The notes beneath the pieces are model-generated. The model searched no databases and was not told where the DNA came from. It saw nothing but the letters and a program-made list of their open reading frames with translations. Positions 19,209-28,447 of a DNA stretch of 64,000 bases are shown in pieces. Made by a program: the position numbers and the translations under genes. Location: contig OZ251992.1 of assembly GCA_965246885.1 (NCBI GenBank), positions 2,816,001 to 2,880,000 on the forward strand. The letters are read 5' to 3'. The first letter of the stretch is position 1. Each line of letters begins with the position of its first letter. This DNA comes from Abditibacterium sp. Its GTDB lineage: Bacteria > Armatimonadota > Abditibacteriia > Abditibacteriales > Abditibacteriaceae.

Positions 19209-20105
19209 ATGCAAGACCGGCTTTTGACTTATCTGTGCGACCCCAACGACGGAGGCGCGCTTGAATTGCACGCTTTTTCTTCGCACCTCGGCGCCACGCG
19301 CGACGGGGTGCTCCGCAACCCGCACACCGGGCGCTGGTTCGTGGTACAAGACGGCATCCCCACCCTCTTCGCCGATGCCCTGCGCCCCGACGACTCCGCT
19401 TTCGTGGCGCGCTACGAACCCAAACTGCGCGCCTTGGGGTGCCAGTTCACGCCCACTGTAGCCCAAAAAAGCGGCGACTTCGCGCGCATCGAATCCGAGC
19501 GCCTCGCCCGCGACGAACAAGCCGAAGATTACGATGCGATGTGGACGATGAAAGCGCTGAGCGTCTTTGAAACACCGGTTTACAAGCGCGCCATGAACGT
19601 GGACACCGATACGCCGCTTCTGGAAGCCGGTTGTGGCACGGGCCGCCTTACCGGTCTATTCGCGGAACTGGCGCCCGAAGTGGTGGCCGTTGATATGTCG
19701 CGCGAGTCGGTGGTGCGCAACCGCGCCCGCCATTTCGCGCGCACCCACCACCCCGTTCATTACGTCCACGCCGACCTGACCCACTTGCCGCTTCAATCCG
19801 GAAAGTTCGGCAGATGCGCGCACGCGGGCGTGTATGAACACATCCCGTCGCGCGACTTGCGGCTGCAGTTCCTCGCACATGCCGCGCGCACTCTCTCTCC
19901 CAATGGAACGCTGATGCTGTCCGCGTATCGGCACGGTGGCCTCACCAAGCTGTTCGAGAAAGAAGGCGAGCACGAAGGCGGCATCCCGTTTCTGCGTTTT
20001 TCCGAAGCCGAGTTGCGCGAAGAAGTCGAAACCCATTTCCGCATCTCCCAGTTCCGCGAGAACGTCGGCGTTTATATGTCTATGGTCGTCGCTCACCCAC
20101 GCTAA
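19209..20105 (+). CDS. Trm112-like domain fused to a class I SAM methyltransferase
   Basis: LLTYLCDP...GRWFVVQDGIPTL (Trm112-like); LEAGCGTG, VAVDMS, ADLTHLP, EHIP. Confidence 0.78.
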   Translation: MQDRLLTYLCDPNDGGALELHAFSSHLGATRDGVLRNPHTGRWFVVQDGIPTLFADALRPDDSAFVARYEPKLRALGCQFTPTVAQKSGDFARIESERLARDEQAEDYDAMWTMKALSVFETPVYKRAMNVDTDTPLLEAGCGTGRLTGLFAELAPEVVAVDMSRESVVRNRARHFARTHHPVHYVHADLTHLPLQSGKFGRCAHAGVYEHIPSRDLRLQFLAHAARTLSPNGTLMLSAYRHGGLTKLFEKEGEHEGGIPFLRFSEAELREEVETHFRISQFRENVGVYMSMVVAHPR

Positions 20106-20119
20106 GGAAAGACTCAGAT

Positions 20120-20242
20120 GCCCCGGCGGATGAAAGAAGAAACCCGGCGGGTGAAAGAATTATGCACGGTTTCTGTCGGCGCGACCCGGTGACTCGTTGG
20201 CGCGACCCGGTGACTCGTTGGCGCGACCCGGTGACTCGTTGG
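20120..20242. repeat. 21-nt-period tandem array C
   Basis: Three exact CGCGACCCGGTGACTCGTTGG (20180-20242), preceded by two CCCGGCGGRTGAAAGAA units 21 nt apart. Confidence 0.9.
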
Positions 20243-20287
20243 GCCACCTCTGCCGCTCGCTCCTCAAACTGTGTCCCGACTTTCCCG

Positions 20288-22912
20288 ATGCGCCGCTTGC
20301 TTTCTTTTCTGTTCGTCCTCGCCCTCGCGGGGGTGGTGGCGCTCAAGACGGCGGAGTGGACGGCGGAAAACTGGTGGATGGCGTCGTTGGGCTTTGGCGG
20401 CGCGCAAAATTTATATTGGAAGTGGCGGTTGGGGGCGTTTGTTCCGGTCTTCGCGGTGTGGTGGGTATTCATGGGGGGCAATGCGCGTTTGGCGTGGCAC
20501 AACGCGCGCTGGCGCGATGTGTCACTTCCCTTGTTGGGGCCGCGCGCGCTCGTGGGACGGGGGTTGATGTCGTCGGAAGAGAGCGTCCGTTTGGACTCGC
20601 TCGCGCGGCGCGGCGCGACGGGTGGGGTGTTATTGGGCGCGCTCTTGTGCGGCGTGGCGGCGGCAAACCACTTTGACATGTGGGTGCTGGCGCTCCATCC
20701 ACCCACGTTCGAGGGCGACGCGAGCGCGGCGTTTTTGGTGGGCGTGTGGCCCGCGCTGTTGTGGACGTGGAGCGCGCTGGGGGTGCTGTGGCTGTTCACG
20801 TTGGGGTTAGTGGCGGCAATTGCGGCGTTCGAGGGGGTGCTCGACTTCGACACACGGGGGCTGCGCGTGGGCGATGCGACGGCGCGGCACATGGCGGCGC
20901 TGGGCGCCTTACTGCTCTTGTGGATTGGCGGACGGTGCGCCCTTGCGCTTCCGGGCTGGACGGTGAACTACGGCTGGTCACCCGAAGGCGTCAACGGCGT
21001 TTACGAGCGCGCGTTTACCAATCCGGCGCGCGCGGCGTTGGCGTTGGCGGGTCTGGGCGTAGCGCTGTGGTTCGCCCGGAGCGCGCCCAAGCACCCGTTG
21101 CGCGCGCTGGTGGTGGCCGGGGTTTATGCGTTCTGCGCGCTGTTTGTGCCGCTCATCGCGCCGTCGTTTGGGCGCGCTGTGCGCTCGGATAGCTCGCTGG
21201 ATGCAACGCTTCGCGCCGAGCAAACCCGCCACATCGAAGCGACGCGGCGCGCGTGGGGCTTGGATCGAGTCGCGCAGCGCGCCCTAAACGTCGAGACGGC
21301 GGATTTTCTGCCCGCGACGCTTCCATCTCCCGACGATCATCTGATTCCAAGCGTGCCGACGACGGTCGCGTGGCCGAGCGAGGGATTGCGTCGCGCGCTC
21401 GCCGAAGCCGATACCGGCGGGGGTTTGGGTCGCACGCCGGGGGACGTGTTCTTCGTGCGGCAGGGGAAGGCGCTGCGCGCGCAGATCATCGAAGCCAAGG
21501 CCGCGACGAACGGGGTGCAAGCGCCACTTCTGCTCGAATGTGACCCGGCGCGGGCGGGAGTAGTCACGGCGACGCGGCGCGAACTGGATGCCGTCGTGCT
21601 GCAATCGCCTTTTGCGCCCGAAAACGCTCTACCCGCGCCGTCGCCGCAAGCGGGCGAATCGTTGGGAGGCGAGGTGGCAACGCCGCCCGTCGCGGCGCGG
21701 GTGCGGTTGTTGGAGACCGACGATGGGCACGGCGTGACGCGCGCGAACGCCTTGGAGGGCGCGGCGCTCGCGCTGCATTTTGGCGACTCGTCGCTACTGG
21801 GAGCGGGGCCGCCGCTTACGTGGCACCTCGACCCGTTGGAAAGGGTGGCGACTCTCGCGCCCTTCGTGTGGTGGGCGGGCGCGCGGCCTCATCCGGTTCT
21901 AATGAGTGACGGCGGCGCGGGAGCGCCCAAACATTTGTTCTGGCTGGTGGAAGGCTGCTTTGTGGCGCGCTCGTTGCCCGCGTCGGCGATGCTGCCGTTG
22001 GGCGACGAGTGGAGTGGCATCAACTACGCGCGGCAGGGCGTGCTCGGCGTGTGCGACGCGGGAAGCGGCGAAACGCGCTTTTACTTGTTCGATCCGACGG
22101 AGCCGCTCGCGCGGGCGTGGAACGCCCTGCTGCCGGGGTTTTTCCGCCCGGCAAGTGAACTTTTGCCAGCGCTTCGGGCGGGAACGCGCTTGTCACCAGC
22201 GTTGCTCAGCGCCCAAACTACTGTTTGGGCGCGCTACCATCGGGCACCGCGCGGAGAAAAGGAAGCGCTGTTGTGGAGCCAGCGCAAAGACGAGTGGCGC
22301 GCTTTGCCCGGCGACACGAGCGGGCGGGCAACGGCCCTGCAACCGACGCTCCTTGAAAACGCGGGGCGGACGGAACTGGCGCAAATTGCCGCGTTTGCGC
22401 CCACCATCAGCACGCTTCCCGCCGACCAGAACGATGCCCCCCCAAACGCGACCCCTCTCACCGCGATTTTGAGCGCGCGCGACGAAGGGGCAGCGCTTTG
22501 GGCCGACGGCGGGCACCCTGCGCTCACCCAGTGGCGGCCCAAAGACAAGCTCGCTTTGCCCTTGGGCGATGATGCGGCGCCCATGCCCGTGTCGCCTTTG
22601 GGCACCCTAATCTTCGAGAAACGCGCCCTCGCCCTTGCGCTGGACGGCGACGAGAACTGTGTCGGGCTGAGTGTATCGCGCGGCACGGCGCAATCCCAAA
22701 AGGTCAAGGGCGGCGCGCAGTGGACGCTCACCCGAAGTCTCGCTTCCACCAAGGCGCAACTGCCTCCCGCCACCGCGACTGCCGCGCAGTCGGACGCGCG
22801 CATGGCTTCGATTCGCGCGCTGTGGAAAGCGTGGCAAGCCGCGCGCGCGGCGGGCCGCTGGGCACGCGTGGAGGAATTGGAGCGGCAACTGAACAGCGCC
22901 CTCGCGCCCTAA
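20288..22912 (+). CDS. UPF0182-family-like membrane protein
   Basis: WW.SLGF N-terminus, multiple TMs, HIEATRRAWGL, ERV..LAPF, INYAR, FYLFDPTEPL..AW...PGFFRP. Confidence 0.72.
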   Translation: MRRLLSFLFVLALAGVVALKTAEWTAENWWMASLGFGGAQNLYWKWRLGAFVPVFAVWWVFMGGNARLAWHNARWRDVSLPLLGPRALVGRGLMSSEESVRLDSLARRGATGGVLLGALLCGVAAANHFDMWVLALHPPTFEGDASAAFLVGVWPALLWTWSALGVLWLFTLGLVAAIAAFEGVLDFDTRGLRVGDATARHMAALGALLLLWIGGRCALALPGWTVNYGWSPEGVNGVYERAFTNPARAALALAGLGVALWFARSAPKHPLRALVVAGVYAFCALFVPLIAPSFGRAVRSDSSLDATLRAEQTRHIEATRRAWGLDRVAQRALNVETADFLPATLPSPDDHLIPSVPTTVAWPSEGLRRALAEADTGGGLGRTPGDVFFVRQGKALRAQIIEAKAATNGVQAPLLLECDPARAGVVTATRRELDAVVLQSPFAPENALPAPSPQAGESLGGEVATPPVAARVRLLETDDGHGVTRANALEGAALALHFGDSSLLGAGPPLTWHLDPLERVATLAPFVWWAGARPHPVLMSDGGAGAPKHLFWLVEGCFVARSLPASAMLPLGDEWSGINYARQGVLGVCDAGSGETRFYLFDPTEPLARAWNALLPGFFRPASELLPALRAGTRLSPALLSAQTTVWARYHRAPRGEKEALLWSQRKDEWRALPGDTSGRATALQPTLLENAGRTELAQIAAFAPTISTLPADQNDAPPNATPLTAILSARDEGAALWADGGHPALTQWRPKDKLALPLGDDAAPMPVSPLGTLIFEKRALALALDGDENCVGLSVSRGTAQSQKVKGGAQWTLTRSLASTKAQLPPATATAAQSDARMASIRALWKAWQAARAAGRWARVEELERQLNSALAP

Positions 22913-22974
22913 ACCCGCGCGGCACCCTTTCCGAAGAAACGAACCCCGCGCCATCCTCACGCGTTGGAGAGGGC

Positions 22975-23742
22975 ATGAACCTTTTATCCGACGCGCAAAG
23001 ACTTCACCTGCAAGCCGCCTTTCCCGCCCGCGACTGGCTCGAAGCCCAAGCGCCCCAAGCCATCTTGCGCTGGTCGCTCGAAACCTATGGCGCCGAGTTA
23101 ACAATGGCTACTGCCTTTGGCGCCGAAGGGTGCGCGCTCTTAGGCATGCTGGCCCACATCCGCGACGAAACTGGCCTTTTGCCCGACGTCTTCAACCTCG
23201 ACACCGGCTACCAATTCGACGAGACACTGGACTTGAAGCGCCGCATTGAGGACAAGTATGGCTTCGCCATTCGCGCCATTCAACCCGACGATGCCATTCA
23301 GAACGCCGAAGCAGACTCGCAGAGCATCTTCAGCCAACCGCTTTATCAGTCGCAGCCCAATTTGTGCTGCTTTTTCCGCAAAGTCGTGCCCTTAGCAGGC
23401 GCTGTCGCGGGGTTCGACGCGTGGATTACCGCCATTCGCCGCGACCAAACGCCCGAACGCGCCAATGCCCCCATCGTCGGCTTCGATTCACAATTTCCCC
23501 TCGTCAAAATTAACCCGCTCGCCAACTGGAGCAAAGCGCAGGTGTGGGATTACATCCGCGCTCACGACGTTCCCTTCAACCCGCTCCACGAGCAAGGCTT
23601 CCCGTCCATCGGCTGCTGGCCCTGCACCCGCGCTGTCCAAGCTGGCGAGGACGACCGCGCCGGACGCTGGGCCGGAAGTGACAAGCGCGAGTGCGGCATC
23701 CACGTGGATTTGGGCGGCAAAGCGAGCCTTAGTCGCTCGTGA
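22975..23742 (+). CDS. cysH: (Phospho)adenosine phosphosulfate reductase, Fe-S (APS-reductase) type
   Basis: LDTGYQF, CC..RKV.PL, WITAIRRDQ, SIGCWPCT, ECGIH. Confidence 0.9.
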   Translation: MNLLSDAQRLHLQAAFPARDWLEAQAPQAILRWSLETYGAELTMATAFGAEGCALLGMLAHIRDETGLLPDVFNLDTGYQFDETLDLKRRIEDKYGFAIRAIQPDDAIQNAEADSQSIFSQPLYQSQPNLCCFFRKVVPLAGAVAGFDAWITAIRRDQTPERANAPIVGFDSQFPLVKINPLANWSKAQVWDYIRAHDVPFNPLHEQGFPSIGCWPCTRAVQAGEDDRAGRWAGSDKRECGIHVDLGGKASLSRS

Positions 23743-23935
23743 TGATGGGCATTGTTGGGGCGTGCGGGTCGGTGCGGTCGCGCTCCAGCACGCCTTCTTG
23801 CTCGACCTGCGCGGGCGAGTCGGCGACGCCGGAGTGACCGATTTCTTCGATGAGACCTTGCACTTCGCCGGGACGGGTGCCGATTTGCATCGGTTGCGCG
23901 GCGCTTGGCTCTTGCGGGGTATTGGATTGGGACAT
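23729..23935 (-). CDS. Small acidic hypothetical protein (68 aa)
   Basis: MSQSNTPQEP... preceded by GCGGAGAA, an SD-like sequence. Confidence 0.5.
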   Translation of the reverse strand: MSQSNTPQEPSAAQPMQIGTRPGEVQGLIEEIGHSGVADSPAQVEQEGVLERDRTDPHAPTMPIITSD

Positions 23936-24062
23936 GGTGCTTCTCCGCTTGCGGCACCGCAAAATCCGCTCCATCCTCGGCGCGAAACAAGCGCGCCCCA
24001 AACGGAAGTAACTTTTACCCACGCGAAATTTATGCGAAACGGAGAGGGCGTATTCTTTAACA

Positions 24063-24262
24063 CGACAAGGGCAGAGGTCGAATGTCGCACCCCAATTGCG
24101 CAAGCCGGTTGGGCGGCGGCGGGAAGCCGAAGCGAGTTCCTCGTGGGGCCGATCCAAGTTCCTGCCGCCTGTCCGCACCTTTTCAACCTGTTTCGCGCCG
24201 CGCCCGTTCCCCGTCACTTCCGTTTGAACTGGAATCAAACGTGCCCCGTTTCCTCTGCTTGC
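24063..24262 (+). ncRNA. Candidate structured ncRNA, rod-shaped, possibly 6S RNA
   Basis: TATTCT -10-like box at 24051; nested pairings GCAGAGG/CCTCTGC, GCGCAAGCCGGTTG/CAACCTGTTTCGCGC, GGCGGCGGGAA/TTCCTGCCGCC; downstream intrinsic terminator. Confidence 0.35.
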
Positions 24263-24313
24263 CCGTCCGTCTCCAAGGCGTTTCCAGCGCCCAACGAGCG
24301 TAGCGCGAATCAA

Positions 24314-24350
24314 GAAGCCGCCCCGAAACACTTCGGGGCGGCTTTTGTTG
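24314..24350 (+). terminator. Intrinsic terminator, probably bidirectional
   Basis: AAGCCGCCCCGAA-ACAC-TTCGGGGCGGCTT followed by TTGTTGTT. Confidence 0.75.
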
Positions 24351-24363
24351 TTCTGTTAGCGGT

Positions 24364-24609
24364 TTACTCCTTGCCGCGCCCGGTTTTTTCTTGCAGTTCG
24401 TCTATGCGAAGCGACGCTTGCGCTTTGGAAAGCGTGTCGTTGAACGGCTCGCCCGCCTGGTCGGAGAGGGTTTTCAGGTAGGACTTTTGGGCGCCGGTCA
24501 TCGGTTCGTCGCCGGTTGCCCAGTCGTGCGGGTCTTTGACGGCGTTGGAGTTGTCGGCGCTGTCGATAGCGTCGTGTTCGGTGGGCTGAGATTCGTTTTG
24601 TTTGCTCAT
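24364..24609 (-). CDS. DUF3072 domain protein
   Basis: KDP.DW.TGDEPMTGAQ.SYLKTLS..AGE.F...LSKA.AS.RIDEL. Confidence 0.82.
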   Translation of the reverse strand: MSKQNESQPTEHDAIDSADNSNAVKDPHDWATGDEPMTGAQKSYLKTLSDQAGEPFNDTLSKAQASLRIDELQEKTGRGKE

Positions 24610-24667
24610 GGTGAAACCATCCATGAAGCAAAGTGCGGGCCAGCCTTACACTGCGCGGCCATTCATC

Positions 24668-26359
24668 ATGCGTCAATCGAAATTCTTCGCCCCCACCTTG
24701 CGCGCCGCCAAAGCCGATAACGAAGCGCACGCCCTGCTGTTGCGCGGCGCGTATGTCCGGCAACTCGCCGCCGGTATCTATTCGTATCTGCCCCTTGGCT
24801 TGCGGGTGCTTGCCAAAATCGAGAACATCGTGCGCGAGGAAATGAACCGCGCGGGCGCTGTCGAACTGCTGATGCCCGCCCTCTCGCCGCAAGAGCTATG
24901 GCGCGAAACGGGGCGCGACTCGCTCGACATCCTCTTCAACCTGCAAGACGGCAAAGGCTCCGACTACCTGCTGGCGCCCACGCACGAAGAGGTCGTAACC
25001 GACATCGTGCGCGCCTCGATTTCCAGCTACAAACAGTTGCCGGTCACGCTTTATCAGATACAAACCAAGTTCCGCGATGAGCCGCGCCCGCGCGCGGGGT
25101 TGCTCCGGGGCCGCGAGTTCGTGATGAAAGACGCCTACTCCTTCGACGCGGACTTAGCGGGGCTGGACAAGTCGTTCGATGCGATGGTCGCCGCCTACAA
25201 GACGATTTTCGCGCGCTGCGGTTTGACGACGCAGATCGTGGACGCGGCGGGCGGCGGCATCGGCGGCTTCGACACCAAGGAGTTTATGGCGCTGTCGCCG
25301 TCGGGCGAAGACTTGATCTTGTTCTGCGAGGCGGACGGCTACGCCGCGAACTTAGAGTTGGCGACCTCGAAGCTACCGCCCGTTCCCGACAGGACGGACA
25401 TTGGGGGAGAGTTGCAGGAGTTCGCCACGCCGGACATCCGCACCATCGAAGACTTAGCGAACTTCGAGGGCGGCGCGGCGGCGGTGCATCAAATCAAGAC
25501 GCTCGTGTATGTCGCGGACGACGCGCCTGTCCTCGCGCTGTTGCGCGGCGACCACCAGTTGGTGGAAACGAAGTTAGCAGCGGCAACCGGCGCCGGAAAG
25601 CTGCGCCCCGCCACGCCCGATGAGATATTCGCGCTGCTCGGCGCGCATCCCGGCTCCCTCGGCGCGGTGGGCGTCGAAAGGGTGCCGGTGTTGGCCGACT
25701 TAGAGCTGCGCGGGCGCGAAGCAATGACGACGGGCGCCAACCGCGACGGCTTCCACCTACGCGGGGTGAGCATGGCGCGCGACATCCCGAACGCGCGCTT
25801 CGTGGATTTGCGCGAAGCGCGCGAGGGCGAGGGGTCGCCCCTCGGCGGCGGCACGCTGAGCAGCGCAAAGGCCATCGAACTGGGCCACGTTTTTAAGTTG
25901 GGCAACAAGTATTCCAAAGCGATGAACGCCCAAATTCTGGACGCCCAAGGCAAATCGCAAATAATCGAGATGGGCTGTTATGGCATCGGCGTGTCGCGCA
26001 TCATCGCCACCGTCGCCGACGCCCTCCGAGACGAGCGCGGCCCGATTTGGCCCCGCGAAATCGCGCCGTTCGCCGTCCACTTGCTGCTCCTCGAAAAGGA
26101 AGATGCCGTAATGGAAGCCGCCGAGAGCCTCTACACCGAGCTAACCGGCGCGGGCTTCGATGTCCTTTTTGACGACCGCCGCGAAAGCCCCGGGACCAAG
26201 TTCGCCGACGCCGATCTCATCGGCTCCCCCGTGCGAATCATGGCGGGCCGGACAACCAAGGACAACGGCGCCTTGGAAATCCGCACCCGCGCGAGCAAGG
26301 ACACCGAACAAGTCGCGGCGGCGGATGTCGTCGCGCGGGTGCGGGAGATGTTAGGTTAG
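24668..26359 (+). CDS. proS: Proline--tRNA ligase (bacterial type with editing insertion)
   Basis: LAPTHEE, YQIQTKFRDEPRPRAGLLRGREFVMKDAYSF, IELGHVFKLG, MGCYGIGVSR. Confidence 0.96.
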   Translation: MRQSKFFAPTLRAAKADNEAHALLLRGAYVRQLAAGIYSYLPLGLRVLAKIENIVREEMNRAGAVELLMPALSPQELWRETGRDSLDILFNLQDGKGSDYLLAPTHEEVVTDIVRASISSYKQLPVTLYQIQTKFRDEPRPRAGLLRGREFVMKDAYSFDADLAGLDKSFDAMVAAYKTIFARCGLTTQIVDAAGGGIGGFDTKEFMALSPSGEDLILFCEADGYAANLELATSKLPPVPDRTDIGGELQEFATPDIRTIEDLANFEGGAAAVHQIKTLVYVADDAPVLALLRGDHQLVETKLAAATGAGKLRPATPDEIFALLGAHPGSLGAVGVERVPVLADLELRGREAMTTGANRDGFHLRGVSMARDIPNARFVDLREAREGEGSPLGGGTLSSAKAIELGHVFKLGNKYSKAMNAQILDAQGKSQIIEMGCYGIGVSRIIATVADALRDERGPIWPREIAPFAVHLLLLEKEDAVMEAAESLYTELTGAGFDVLFDDRRESPGTKFADADLIGSPVRIMAGRTTKDNGALEIRTRASKDTEQVAAADVVARVREMLG

Positions 26360-26367
26360 AACGTCGG

Positions 26368-26763
26368 ATGAGGCAGGACGCTTATATGGCACTCATCAAA
26401 GCCTTTCATGTAGTCAATTTCGCGCTGCTGACCTTTTACGGCACGCGCGTTGTTTATGGCTTGCACGGGAACGCGCTGACTTATTGGTGGCTTTACGCGG
26501 GGTTATTGTGCGGACTGTTATTGAACAACATTTGGTGTGCTCGCCTTCTCATTCTGCCGCCGCTTGTCATCGTTGGGTGGACGGCGCCGATGGTGCTTTA
26601 CAACTTCACCGCTTTTGCGACGCGCGACCCGCTCTATCTGGACTCGCCCGCCACAATTATCGTCGTCGCCATCGTCGCGCTTTTTGTGACTGTGCCTTCG
26701 ACAGTTGTGCTGTGGGCGTATTGGCACGAGCGACGACAAATCTTCGGTTCCAAGAAGGCATAA
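26368..26763 (+). CDS. Hypothetical membrane protein (about 4 TM)
   Basis: Hydrophobic 131-aa ORF right after proS, with lower GC than its neighbours. Confidence 0.6.
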   Translation: MRQDAYMALIKAFHVVNFALLTFYGTRVVYGLHGNALTYWWLYAGLLCGLLLNNIWCARLLILPPLVIVGWTAPMVLYNFTAFATRDPLYLDSPATIIVVAIVALFVTVPSTVVLWAYWHERRQIFGSKKA

Positions 26764-26788
26764 GCACGACCGCGCTTATGCTCTGGGT

Positions 26789-26914
26789 GAGAGAAATCGG
26801 TAAACCAACGAAAGAGTTGCGTATTTCTTCGGAAGAAACAAAGAAATCAAGCGGAGAAAGAGGTAAATCTTCCTTTCGGCGACGTAATTCTTCCGGCGAG
26901 AGACCTCTCTCATC
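26789..26914. repeat. Highly degenerate 21-nt-period array F (about 6 units)
   Basis: GTAWWTCTTC at 26821, 26863 and 26884 (spacing 42 and 21); purine-rich unit starts in the same phase. Confidence 0.5.
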
Positions 26915-26925
26915 CGCCCATCCGC

Positions 26926-27732
26926 TTAATCCACGACCCCGCCGAGTTCCCTGAAACGTTGCCGCGCGGCGGCGACCGTTTTTTCTTTGATGTTTTCCGG
27001 CGAAAAGTCGGAGATGGCGGAGTGCGGGAAGACGAACATCAGGACGCCCTCGTCTATGCCGTTGACGATTTGGCGGCGCCCGTCGCGCTCTTCCCAAGGG
27101 TCGAAGCCAAGCGCTTCGCTCAAGGCGACGGAGCCTTCGCCGATGATGTGCTTGGGGCCTTCATCCGCGAAAACGGCGTAGGCGACTTTGCCTTCCCAGA
27201 CAACCGCCGCGACGTCGCCCAGTTCGATGCCCATATCTTTGTAAAAGCCGAGCGGAAGCACGATGTAGGGCACTTTTTCGGAGTCTATCCACCCGTCGTC
27301 GCCGTCTTTGTTCGGGTAGGCCAAGGACGTTTCGCGCTGGCCGGAGTCGGGGTCAATGAGGTTGTAGCGCGGCGAGCCGTCGGCGTCGGTTTCCATGCGG
27401 CCATCTATAAACAGCGTGCCATCAGGCAAGCGCAGCATTTTCTTGTAGCCCTTCAAGCGGCGATTAAGGGGCGTGGCCTGTGAAAGTAAGTCGTTGATGC
27501 GTCCCAAGCGCGCGACCGACTCAGAAGGCGCTTTGTAGTCGGCGCGCGGGCGAGCGGGGAGTTGTCCGGGAGCGCCGGGCGCGGGCGGCAGGGAAGCGAC
27601 GGGCGAGGGTTGCGCGTGCGCGGGGCGGGAAGAATGGAGCAATGACCCGCCACTAACGACGGTCAAAAGCGCGCCCAAGACGGCGGCGTTCTTTTTGGAG
27701 CAGAGTTTCATGCGCGGGATTAGAGGCTTCAA
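26926..27732 (-). CDS. Secreted glycoside hydrolase family 75 (chitosanase-like) protein
   Basis: METDADGS, VPYIVLP, LGDVAAVV, YAVFADEGP, IGEGSVAL. Confidence 0.75.
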   Translation of the reverse strand: MKPLIPRMKLCSKKNAAVLGALLTVVSGGSLLHSSRPAHAQPSPVASLPPAPGAPGQLPARPRADYKAPSESVARLGRINDLLSQATPLNRRLKGYKKMLRLPDGTLFIDGRMETDADGSPRYNLIDPDSGQRETSLAYPNKDGDDGWIDSEKVPYIVLPLGFYKDMGIELGDVAAVVWEGKVAYAVFADEGPKHIIGEGSVALSEALGFDPWEERDGRRQIVNGIDEGVLMFVFPHSAISDFSPENIKEKTVAAARQRFRELGGVVD

Positions 27733-27807
27733 ATTGGCCTTTTACTCGCTCCCCGGCCCAAGGAAAGTCGAGGAAAGACAACGCTCCCCCCTCATCGGCG
27801 TGCGCGG

Positions 27808-28377
27808 TCAAGTTTTCATCTCGTCGTCGCGTTGGAGTTTCGAGCCAATCGGCCCACTTTGTCCAGCGTATTTACCGCGATAGGGGCGGCTCGACGGCGA
27901 CGAGATGCGCTCGAAAGTCATCGAGCAAATCCGCATATTCGGATACAGCGCGACGGGCATTGGCCCGATGTTGCCAAGCTCCATCACGCACTTGCCGACA
28001 AAGCCCGGAAAAAACATTGGCGCCGTGCCATGAACGATGATGCCCAGCCGCCCAAGCGACGAGCGTCCCTCCAAGCGTCCAAGCATATCCGAGGGCAGGG
28101 AAATCTCCTCGATGGTCGCCGCCAACACCAACTCCTGCGGGTGCATAATGAATGGCTTGTCTTCCTCGACGCGAATGACGCGCGTAAATTCATCCCAGTT
28201 GATCTGCCCGCGCGGGTCAATGAGCGGCGTGCGCACCCGCTCGAAAACGCGGAACTCGTGTCCCAGCCGCAAATCGAGCGAGCAAGCCCCCATCTGGGCC
28301 GAGAAATCAGGGAAAGGCTCAATCTTTAAGTCGCCCACCCGGAGCGCCGCCTCGATGTCCACGTCTGAAAGAACCAT
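27808..28377 (-). CDS. dcd: dCTP deaminase
   Basis: MVLSDVDI, SLDLRLG, GRSSLGRLGIIVH, ELGN, KYAGQ. Confidence 0.9.
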   Translation of the reverse strand: MVLSDVDIEAALRVGDLKIEPFPDFSAQMGACSLDLRLGHEFRVFERVRTPLIDPRGQINWDEFTRVIRVEEDKPFIMHPQELVLAATIEEISLPSDMLGRLEGRSSLGRLGIIVHGTAPMFFPGFVGKCVMELGNIGPMPVALYPNMRICSMTFERISSPSSRPYRGKYAGQSGPIGSKLQRDDEMKT

Positions 28378-28447
28378 TGGCGCCGAGTATAAAAAGTGCC
28401 CCCGAAAAAAACTTGCGAAAAAAGGTTTAAAACGTAGGCCAGAGGGG

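Noticed and set aside
24082..24303. 73-aa ORF with a GAGG upstream
   Set aside because: Composition is not protein-like and it overlaps the predicted RNA stems; not called as a CDS.
26337..26803. Possible proS 3'-end duplicate (VREM versus VREI) after the downstream membrane gene
   Set aside because: Only about 14 nt with mismatches, far weaker than the icd case.
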